DNA of 64,000 nucleotides from Eledone cirrhosa (lineage: Eukaryota): assembly GCA_964016885.1 (NCBI GenBank), contig OZ024744.1, forward strand, positions 28,582,001 through 28,646,000. Direction: 5' to 3'. Shown piece by piece: positions 53,332 through 64,000 of this stretch (positions are counted from its first letter, which is position 1; each line of letters starts with the position of its first letter). The notes beneath the pieces are model-generated. The model had not been told where the DNA came from, did not search any database, and saw only the letters and a list, made by a program, of their open reading frames with translations. The position numbers and the translations under genes are program-made.

Positions 53332-55055
53332 TATAATTAATTAAGTAATTTAGTTAATATATAAAACCTGTCGATAAATCATTAGATTCCTTCACCTTTT
53401 TCTTTTTAAACTTTCTTCCTAAATATAAATATAGATATAATAAACTACTTTAAAATGTCTATACTTACAATATCTTAAATAAAATATACGTAGGATAAAT
53501 TTCTATACTAAATATAAGGATATCTGTAGAATCCTTGGGATTTTTAAATCTTTTGAATTTTTGAGTTTTAAAAATTTTTGAAATTTTTTTTTGAAATTTT
53601 TTGAAATTTTTGAATTTTTAAATTTTTAAATTTTTAAATTATATTGATATAATATTTATTTAACTTTTATTTTATTTTTATTTTTATTTATTTTTATTAG
53701 TTTTGCTTTGATTCTGATAGCTTCTCATAATTCTCATAAGTCTACCCTTTCAATATCTTGATTGAAATATAAGTAGGATAATTTTCTATACTAAATATAT
53801 GAAACATATTATTTTAACTTAAGATACTCTATAGTGTTTTAAAGATATTTAATGCTTTGACATTTCTAGAATTCGTTTGTCCTTTTGACTATATTGATAT
53901 AGTTGTATTTCCAAAATATAATCCTTTGGTATTTTAAATTTATATTGGTATAATTATATTTCCAAAGTATAATCCTTAGTAATATATTGATATTTGATTA
54001 TCTCTATACAAATGTCTATGTATGTATTAACATGCATATAAAAGTGTTATAGGTTTTTTATGATTGTATATATGTCTGTATGTATACATGAGTGATGCGT
54101 GGACGCACGCAGATATTTATTTATACATATATAGGTGTATATGTATATGTGTGTGTGTATGTATATGTGTGGGTAAGAGTTATGTTGCATAACCACGCAG
54201 TTTGGATAGCAGATATGCATAATTTTAACAAAATGTTAAATGCATGAATGGTAATCATATATATGAAGACATGAATGTTAATCGTATATATTTATGTATA
54301 TATACTGTGAACTTTTTATAACACAAGGAATGTATAGTAGTGATTAAGAGAAATCGTCTGCGTTTTATGTCTATATTGTTGACTTGAGTAAATATAATTT
54401 CTATTTTCAGGACGTGCGTGTATATATATATATATATTTGTGTGTCTTTGCCTGAGATACTGACTTCTCTAGCAATGTGTACATTTTGGAGATTAAATCC
54501 AAATTTTGGAATCTCAAGGTTTAAACTAAACATATAGTCATTATTAAACAATGTTTAATTTCTCATATTATATATTTATGTCCCATTCATGAATATTAAT
54601 ATTTATATTTTTATTATTCATTTCATATGAATTGTTAACTCAACTTAATATGACATGACGTAAAGTTTTCATAATCTCCCTCTCTCTATATATACTATTT
54701 CTCTCTCTTGAGTTTTTCTATCTGTCTGTTGACTTAATATCTCTCTGTTGCTTTCCTCTGTTTTTTTCTTATTTCTTCCTTTTTTCTTCTTTTTTTTTCT
54801 TCTTTCTTCCTTTCTTCCTGTCTTTACTTATCTCTTTCTTTTTTCTCCATGCATCTCTCTCTCCGATATTTCTCCACGTTTTTTTCTTTTTCTTTCTCTC
54901 CGTCTTTTTCTTTCTCTCCGTCTTTTTCTAATTGTCCTTAACACTATGACTTATTAAAGTAATATAAACAAATCACTATCCGGATTGCTTCCAAAAACAA
55001 TGGTTGCATTTTAATAGGGTACGTCAAAGCTTATTTGTAAAACTGTTATATATTG

Positions 55056-55120
55056 TATTTTGTCTGATGAAGGCATACCATAATTTAATTTGGTATCCCT
55101 GAAATATGTATAATGAAATA
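55056..55120 (+). ncRNA. Minimal type I hammerhead in the Penelope 3' pLTR (mirror copy at 51255-51319 on -)
   Basis: TATTTTGT-CTGATGA-AGGCATACCA...TGGTATCCCT-GAAA-TATGTA-TA-ATGAAATA; stem II pairs at 9 of 10 positions. Confidence 0.82.
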
Positions 55121-55453
55121 AATATGGTTTTATAAATATAGTTTCCATTTATTAATATCGTATATATATATATATATATATACTATTGCCCCGTCTGGCT
55201 GGCTCCCGTCTAGGTATACCTGCCCCCACCACTCCACTGCAAAGATAGCACACACCCTCCCGTGTCACAGTGTCCTTCCGTCTCTCTCTCTCCCCCCCCT
55301 CTCTCTCTCTCTCCCCCTCTCTCTCTCTCTCTCTCTGAATAACTAACACTTGAATTGTATCTCTCTCTGTTTAACTGCCTCTCTCTCTCTCTCTTTTCCC
55401 CTCCCTCTGTTTTTCTGTCTCTCTCTGTAGATGTGTGTGTGTAGTTTTCCTAA

Positions 55454-55500
<47 letters not shown>

Positions 55501-55763
55501 GTGTGTGTATATATTGAAGGGAGATATGGAAACTAAAACAGTGTTGTCATAGAGAGTGAAGAGCGACAGAGAGAGTAAAGCAGTTAAATTATAGAGAGGG
55601 GGAATGATCTTACATACTTAAATACATACATACATATAAAGTATAGATATGTGTGTGTTTGTGTATGTGTCCTTGTGTATGTGTGTATGTACATGTGTGT
55701 GTCTGTGTTTTGTTTTGATGTTATCTGGCAATTGACGAAATCAGGTGTGAAAGTATGTGCATT

Positions 55764-55798
<35 letters not shown>

Positions 55799-55954
55799 CT
55801 GTTACTTATGGGAGCAACGACAGGAAAAGTGTGTGGGATACATACATTATTATATTTGTCTGTACTTTCGTTCTGCAACCATTATATTATATTTGTATCC
55901 AAATGATTTTAGATGTATGTATTACCTGCTTGCCCGTCCCTCTGTTTCTTTTTG

Positions 55955-56039
<85 letters not shown>

Positions 56040-56199
56040 AGATGTGTGTGTGTGTGTAGTTTTCCTAATCTGTCTCTTTCCCTCTCTGTCTCTCTAAGAG
56101 GGTTGCCTTTTGATGTATGTATTACCTGCTTGTTTGTTGACCGAATTTGAATGAGGTTATCCTTTTGAAATAAACATACAAAAGACGTTCATCTCTATG

Positions 56200-56500
56200 T
56201 TGATATATGATATAAATAATGGGATTGATGAGTTAATATCTGTATACAACAACTAGAACGGTACGCGATGGGGCCCACCCACAGCCCCGGCGGAGAGAAT
56301 GGAGAAGGCGTTTCTCCGGAGGACGGCAAGGGACACGTGTTGGAAAAGCCACTCCAACTCGCGGGGCTCACACCTGCGGCTAGCCAGCTCATCGCCTATG
56401 GTGGTGAGTAAGGAGGTAGCCCTGGAGGCGAGGACACCAGAAGTCTCCACTGCCAGGGGTACGACCGCAACCTGTCGGAGAGCGGCCGGTATTTGAGGAT
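56200..56500 (-). mobile_element. CRE-like non-LTR retrotransposon 3' fragment
   Basis: PLAVETSG...IG...E.RE..WLFQ..SLAV.RRNA.SIL resembles the C-terminal RLE of CRE elements. Confidence 0.65.
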
Positions 56501-56647
56501 TTGCCCCCCCCCCCCCAGTCCGATGTGCAGCAGAACATGGATATATATTGATGTATTGACAGTAGATACGGAAAGAAAAAGAGTTTTGTCATATAGAGAG
56601 TGAAGAAAGACAGAGAGTAAAGCAGTTAAATTATAGAGAGGGTGAAA

Positions 56648-56733
<86 letters not shown>

Positions 56734-57722
56734 ACGACGCTCAGCTTTATAATATTTGAGAGTGAAGAGCGACAGACAGAATAAAGCAGTTAAATTTTAG
56801 AGAGGGGGAATAATCTATTATAGAGAGAGGGAAGAGCGACGGAGAGAGTAAAGCTAAGAAAATATAGGGAGGTGTGTATGATACATACATAATACATACA
56901 TACAACGCTCAGCTTTATATATATATATATATATATTCAAAATAGTGGGCGCACAGGAAAAAGACAATGGTTAAAAACAACGGAAAGACAGACAATCCCA
57001 TCTCCTCAGTCAACCTGTGGAAATCTACGGGTTTGGATATATTAAGGCCGAAACTATTCATCCTGATGCAAATTGGGTCATAACAAAACAGATAGAGACA
57101 AGTTCTGTCTTTTAGGCAAATTACACAAATATAGAGTGAGCATGGGTTTAGCCAAAGGAGAAATATATTAGGAAATAGTAAAAGAGAAGAAAGGAAGGGG
57201 TGGAGGGCATTTCATTACTTCCCCATTAAACTACATCCAAAAAAGAGAGTATCCGTTTTGTCCCATGTTTATGATGATGATGATAATAATGATTATAATG
57301 ATGGTGGTAATTCTGCTCCTGCTGCTGTTGGTAATGGTGGTAATGGTGGTGTTAGAGATGGTTGTGATGACGAAGATGATAATAACAACACAAACAATAA
57401 CAAAAGAATATCGGATTATTCCTTCTAAAAATTTCGATGACATATTTTCATACTTTCGAGATTGAAACAAAAGACAAAATATACTGCTTTACCAACCCTG
57501 CTCACCCTGCCCACACCCCACTGAAAACAACCCCACGAGGACATAGTATTCCCAGAGAAATAAAAATAAATTGAGAATTTAAGATAAAAATTTAGAATTC
57601 TACATACATAAGATATACAATATTTAAAATACCATTTGAAAATGGTATTTTAATATGTTGGTATTGCACCAATTCCAAGTACGCAAGCATGCATGTAAAC
57701 ACCCTACACCCTCAAATATATA

Positions 57723-57826
<104 letters not shown>

Positions 57827-57847
57827 TATATATATACATATATACGT

Positions 57848-57885
<38 letters not shown>

Positions 57886-58010
57886 ATATATATGTAAATA
57901 TATATATACATATATAAATTAGCAAGAATCGTATTTCGGCTTTGGAAATTAGCGAAAAACAACTCCCGAGATGTGTGGCAAGCGCTTAATAATTCTAACG
58001 AACCAGAGTT

Positions 58011-58070
<60 letters not shown>

Positions 58071-58073
<3 letters not shown>

Positions 58074-59663
58074 CGCCCGTGCTGTCCACCGCTCTACCAC
58101 TCTCACCCCTCGCCACCGCACACCTACCCACCGTCTCCCCTTCCCCATCACCTACCAGCCCTCCACCCAACCCTCCACCGCACCATCCTCCGCCTCTTCC
58201 GACGCCTCCTGACCGACCCCTCCACCTCCCACATATTCCCATCCCCTCCACTCCCCTCCTTCAAACGCGCACGCAATCTCCGCACCCTCCTAGTCCGCAG
58301 CTCCCCCCCCCCCAGGTCCCCTTCCCTGTTCCAGCCCTCGTTGCAACACCTGCCCCACATCACAATCACCACCACGTTCCAGGGTTCCAACGGCCACTCT
58401 CTCTCTGTCCGGCACACCTTCCGCGGCACCTCCTCCAACTTAGTCTATGGACTTCGCTGCACTCTGTGCAGCGAAACCTACGTCGGACAGACTGGACGTC
58501 GCCTTGCGGACCGTTTCACCGAACACCTCGTCTCGGCGGGAGTTCCCCCATCGCCCGCCACTTTGACTCCCCTGTACATTCCGTGCACCACCTCACAGTC
58601 TGTGGCCTACTCCAATGTCACGGAACACCCGCCGCCCGCTTCAGGGTCGAACAACGCACCATCTTCACCCTACAGACTTACACTCCCCCCGGCTTGGACT
58701 CCTCACCCCTATACATTTAGCCTTCGACTGCCCTGCCCCCCCACACACATATCCCCCACTAATACCACTAATACACTCCTCCTTTTCACCGCCCACCCAC
58801 TTGGCCCACCCCACAACTAACAATACTTGACCCTCTGACCACTTCTCCGACTGTGTGTCTGTCAGTCCTCTCCACCTGTCATTCTCCTCTACCCTCATCC
58901 TGCCTTGACCCTCTGACCACTTCCTGTTGCGCGCACCCCACATCTCCCATCTTCCGACTACCACAACCAACGGATTACACACCATCGACTATCGTTTCCA
59001 GTATCCACTCCATAACATGGAAAATATCCGGCAACTCTTCACACCCTCTACGGAACTACCTTAGAAACTTACCCACGGACATACACTCACAATTTTTTTC
59101 GAACCACGCCACCTACATCCACAAAACGTATAAACACCAACACACACGTGCGTACTCCGACATATATACACACTCAGCCTCCCCTCTGACTCCTCCCCAT
59201 CCACACGCACACACACACCGACCCACACACCACCCCACACACACCGTTTCCTGAACATGGAACCTCGTTCTTCCCCCAGCTCTCACATTCACATACACAC
59301 ACACACACACATACACCTACACACATACACAAACACCACCTTCAACCCTCCCCGCTCGGACACCCCGCCTCCCTCTCCCCACTCCATCTACCACCACCCC
59401 TACACGCCCCACACCCTTGCACCATTTGTTTATCTTCATGTTTATTTTTATTTTTATTTGTACCCCTTCCACCGCCCCCCCCCCCTTTTTCTAAATGTCT
59501 CTCCACCACTCCCCCACACACCCTCGGAACTCTCTTCCCACCAACTTTTCTCCTGAAGGAGGGCTTATGACCGAAACGCCCCCCCCACCAGTCCACTCTC
59601 AAGAGCATGAAACTAATAAAACTTCGTTTGTACTGCCTCTCTGTTTTGTTCCCGTTCCATTTT

Positions 59664-59668
<5 letters not shown>
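58071..59668 (+). mobile_element. Penelope-like element 3' fragment (GIY-YIG remnant and long C-rich 3' region) in (TA)n
   Basis: TSSNLVYGLRCTLCSETYVGQTGRRLADRFTEHL; degenerate hammerhead CTGAAGGAGGGCTTATGACCGAAAC at ~59553-59577. Confidence 0.8.
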
Positions 59669-59694
<26 letters not shown>

Positions 59695-59698
<4 letters not shown>

Positions 59699-59850
59699 AT
59701 AATAAAAATGTGAAGAGTAAAATCCAAAGAGGGCACGATAAGAATAAATATATATTAAATATATAAGAACCGTAGAGCAAATATTTATTAAAATAACAGA
59801 TTAAATTTTAAGCAAAGAATCGTTGCTTTCTACCCTTAACGGGATCTTCT
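59695..59850 (+). repeat. Interspersed repeat near-identical to 13653-13808
   Basis: AGTAATAATAA...AATCCAAAGAGGGC...CCCTTAACGGGATCTTCTG occurs at both loci, each next to (TA)n. Confidence 0.85.
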
Positions 59851-59955
59851 GAAACTAACAAAGTCAATCTGTGAAAGCAGAGGAAGTTTGTTTTTACTCT
59901 TAACATGGTAGATACCTAAATGTATTCGTGAGTGAACAATAACAATATTACAATA

Positions 59956-60057
59956 ATTGTTTCTACTTTTGGCACAAGGCCAGCAATTATCCCAGTGCAT
60001 TACTGGTACTTTATTTTATCGATTCCGTAAGGATGAAAGGCAAAGTTAACCTCGGCG
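59956..60057 (-). mobile_element. Truncated tRNA-SINE (3' half)
   Basis: Central block and tail of the same SINE family. Confidence 0.75.
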
Positions 60058-60436
60058 ATCATAATATTATTAATATTTATAAATAAACAGTTTCATAAAA
60101 TGCAACGTGGTAGAGATGATGACGTCATCCTTTTGTGCCTGACGATAGATAATGAGCAGAGTACACAATCTTGACAAAGAGCAAGACACCCCGAAACAAT
60201 TGTCAATTGTCGAATGTTTTCTCTCAACTACAAAAGGATGAAATTGTCATCTATCACGTAGTGTTTTATGAGGCGGTTTTCTTCTAAACAAACTGAACAT
60301 TATGATAATATTATGATATTATTGTAATACCAGTAATACACTAGGATAATTGCTGGACTTGTGCTAAAAAGTACGAACAATTATATTATCATTACTATTA
60401 TTATTCACTTACGAATGCATTCACACACACACACAA

Positions 60437-60507
<71 letters not shown>

Positions 60508-61034
60508 CCAGGGAGAACTCGATAAAACTTATACATATGGGTATGTTGTAATATATATAACCGCACAATGAATATTCATTAGCAATCTGTCCAAATAATT
60601 AATACACACACAGAGAAACTCACACACACATATATAAAGCAGTATAACTCTTATATCTTACATGTATGAGCGTGGCAAAGAGGGCGTAAACACGAGGAGG
60701 ATAATAATAAGGATGATGTTGATATATATATATATGAGTTTATCCCGGGTTCAACCACAGTAAGTAGGACACTCAATACAAAGCAGAGTATAAATATCTA
60801 ATATAGAAATGGCTTCTAAAGGACTAGAACTGTTTAATTCGGGAGAAATCATCAGATGATTTCTCTTCAATATATATATATGTATATTAAATATAAGAAA
60901 AATGGAGTGCTGCGTGGTTGCACATGGGTTACATATGAATAAAATTAGTCCTTCATCAGTGATCTTCCAACCTTCATTGGTATTTCATCGCTTTAGAAAT
61001 CATATTATATATATATACAGTATATATATATATT

Positions 61035-61352
61035 ATTCAAAATTTTAACAAATGAAAAATATTCACATAATCAAAATAAATACTTTATTATATATATTTC
61101 AAAGGTACTGTGTTGGTTTTTTCAGTACGTCCTCATCAGACAAAATACATGATTTGATATATGACATACCGCTACGGTCGTGCCAATACGGGAATTGAAT
61201 AGTCAAGACCGTGGCGGTATCTCATATATCAAATCATATATTTTGTCTGATGAGGACGTTCTGAAAAAACAACACAGTACATTTGAAATCTATATAATAA
61301 AGTATATATTTTGATTATGAGAATATTTTTCATTTGTTAACATTTTGAATTA
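61035..61352. repeat. Diverged palindrome of inverted pLTR-like arms with hammerheads at 61081-61147 (-) and 61239-61304 (+)
   Basis: TATTTTGT-CTGATGA-GGACGTACTG..CAGTACCTTT-GAAA-TATATA-TA-ATAAAGTA on the minus arm, with a variant on the plus arm; ~27-nt spacer. Confidence 0.85.
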
Positions 61353-61469
61353 TATTAAAAACTCCAGGAAAACTTTTAACTGTTGTGTGATTCTAATCGA
61401 TTGTAAAACTGTATTCGTTGAGTAATCAACGAACCATTTCGATCTTTGGTTATATATATATATATATGC

Positions 61470-61800
61470 TGCACTTCTTTGTCATTTCCTCTGAGATTCA
61501 ACCTTTTAAGATCCATTCTCACAACCTCTGTCCACGTTGTGTTTGGGGGTCTTCCGCTACTGCAGCTTTCTTCTACCTGGAACTATTGATACTTTATCCA
61601 ACAATCATCCTCTATGTGAATCACATGCCCGTACGAGTGCAGTCTTCTCTCTTGCTCACTACACATGATTCCTCATATATCCAGGCTTTGCCTCAGTTTG
61701 CTGTTCGTGCACATTAACTTCACACATCAATCAGAGCATTCTGACTGCATTTCTCTCCAACCCTTGCACAACGTCTGCCTTTACTATATATTTGCATTTT
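61470..61800 (-). mobile_element. Degenerate RTE-like 3' fragment
   Basis: Minus-strand remnants RRL..YGHV and GRP...W.EVVR.DL. Confidence 0.55.
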
Positions 61801-61812
61801 CAATATTTTCCC

Positions 61813-61845
<33 letters not shown>

Positions 61846-62207
61846 AGATAAATCTACCAAAATATACGGTAGTGTCCAATCCGTATGAAGAGATCAATGT
61901 AATCCAAATATCATGAAAAGAGAAAATGTATTCAAAATTTTTGTCGATGAAAAACACAGGAAAACAGAGTCAAGATAAATTAAGAAAAATAATGAATAAA
62001 AACAAAGAAACAGTGCCTTATATTAAAAAATTCATCATTATACGATCGTTTCTAGGAGATATATGTGTGTGTTGGTATGTATATCATATAGATCTATGTA
62101 AAGTTTTACAAACTATCAGAGAGAATATACATAGCTACACATATATATGCTGTCTTCAGAAATAATCATTATTGTTTTAGAGTAGTGACAGACTCACTTA
62201 CTTTAAT

Positions 62208-62299
62208 TTTCAGCAAACAGGGGGAGATAAAGCTGACAAGGCCTTGTTTCGCATTTATTGATGCTTATCAAAGCCAACTACTCCTCCTGTTTGCTGAAA
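62208..62299 (-). ncRNA. Extended type I hammerhead ribozyme with a U3-A8 variant core
   Basis: 5'-TTTCAGCAAACAGGAGGAG-TAGTT-GGCT-TTGATAA-GCAT-CAATAA-ATGC-GAAA-CAAGGCCTTG-TC|AGCT-TTAT-CTCCCCCTGTTTGCTGAAA-3'. Confidence 0.8.
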
Positions 62300-62408
62300 T
62301 CATGGATGTTTGTTTCTTATAGAATTCTAGTAAATAAACAATAGCATAAGGTCTTCGAAATGCTTTTAATTAAGCATACAGTGTATTTCAAAATACACTA
62401 TATATACA

Positions 62409-62447
<39 letters not shown>

Positions 62448-62619
62448 AAGGTATATATTGAGTTAGGAAATCAAAATAGTCTCTTACATCAAAATACCTC
62501 TAAGAAAGAGGTATTTCCGAGACGTATATTATAATTGAATATAAAAGAAAAAACGAACACAGATATATATATATGTGTTCAAATCATAAGGGACCAGATT
62601 CGCTTTTCTTTTATATTCA

Positions 62620-62655
<36 letters not shown>

Positions 62656-62665
<10 letters not shown>

Positions 62666-63366
62666 GGAAATTTAGTAAAATCGAACCTCTGGCGGTTTAT
62701 AAGCAATTTCGGCCTACTTATATGAAATGATGAGTTAGCAAAGCATTCGATAAGGTAGGTCCTTAGAGTAATAACATACGTTTAAATAGCTTGACAAATC
62801 GAACATTGTGGTAGACAAAATCTAACACACAATAATATACCAAAGTAACGATAGAACTAACAGGTTGAGAAATTACACCTGGGAAAATCAAACGATTATA
62901 CGTTTAAAGTGTTTCTTTGAATCCGAAATCAAATATCAGACTTACGTGACTGGCAAGCTCGTGGTATTCATAATCGAACAGAGGATTCAGTTCTTCAGGT
63001 TTTCGTTCTACCCAGGACGGGTGATAGGCTAAATGTTGCCGCTAGATGCAGCGTATCGTATCTATAGCTGTCACGTGTTAATTCCAGCAAGGGAAATAAC
63101 CCCCGGTTTTTGGCGCGACATTCAAAATGTTAGACAAAGGAAATATTTTAATTTCCGCTAATCATCATGATAAGCTCTCGACTAGATGTTATAAAACAAA
63201 CACAAATAATTAACCAGTCAACAGAATTGTCTAATTAAATTAATTAGTTAATTATTAAATCTAGGAGAATAATATAATTGGAAATTTAGTAAAATCGAAT
63301 CTCTGGCGGTTTGCAAGCAAATTCGGCCTACTTATATGAAATGATGAGTTAGCAAAGCACTCGATT
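62656..63366. repeat. ~95-bp direct repeat pair (62656-62751 and 63272-63366)
   Basis: TATATAATTGGAAATTTAGTAAAATCGAA.CTCTGGCGGTTT...GTTAGCAAAGCA.TCGAT occurs twice. Confidence 0.85.
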
Positions 63367-64000
63367 ATATATATATATATATGAAAACACTCATCGCTAG
63401 AACATCCGCTAAAACAGCAAAATGCTGTCAAATACTGTGATGGGGAAAATACCGCAGAGGTGAGAGACCAGCAGCGAGTGGTCAACAGAGAGATGATCCT
63501 CAAGGTGGGGACAGGCAGATGAAATGTAGAAAAGATTAAAAGAATAGGTGGATAAGGAAAATTGTGTTGGCGCATAGAAGTGACTGGAAAAAGAAAATAA
63601 AGAAAGGCGATGTACAAGACAAGTTTTCGCACACACATCTTCACCCTCATTCGTTCTGAAACCAACAAAAATGGTTTTGCACGATTTAATTGTAAGAGTT
63701 GTATTCCAGCATGGCCACGGTCTAATTGCTAAAACCAGTAAAAGAATAAAAGAACGAGGTGCCCCAGCATGGCGGTGGTCTAATGACCGAACAAGAAAAG
63801 AGATTTTATAAATTATAAAATGTGGTATTGGTTTCTAAACAGGCATTATTGGCATTCCATGTCCCTTATTATAATTTTTGGGGTGGGGGTGCAGAAGGAA
63901 GTTGCTACTCCTTTGGTTTATTATTTAAACTACGTGGTTCATTTTTTTTATTTACTATATTGCTGTTAATTAAAATAACTTATATTTGCAACTTAAAATC

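Larger units (their letters stand above)
51253..55155 (+). mobile_element. Penelope-like element (Naiad-like), 5'-truncated, with an inverted pLTR at the 5' end and a pLTR at the 3' end
   Basis: RT-GIY-YIG coding region; 51253-51322 is the reverse complement of 55053-55122. Confidence 0.88.

Overview
This is repeat-dense, AT-rich animal DNA with no recognisable host gene. The microsatellite load and tRNA-SINE type suggest an octopus-like cephalopod (inference). Two arrays of non-LTR retrotransposons sit in (ATT/AAT)n microsatellites, at 1-9.4 kb and 21-44 kb. They contain Tx1/L1-clade elements (APE-RT ORF2, CCHC ORF1) and R4/Dong-clade elements (RT plus restriction-like endonuclease), in opposite fixed orientations on the same repeat. 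The young Tx1 copies share a nearly identical ORF2 but carry two quite different 5'UTR/ORF1 modules. One Dong element has a leader that resembles the Tx1 5'UTR. The rest of the window holds Penelope-like elements (one Naiad-like), about a dozen hammerhead ribozyme motifs (several as back-to-back pairs in long palindromes inside (TA)n), and one extended type I hammerhead with a compensatory U3-A8 core. Also present are Tc1/mariner relics, RTE and CRE fragments, a non-autonomous Helitron, tRNA-SINEs and many simple repeats. All alignments and folds were made by eye, so coordinates are approximate.
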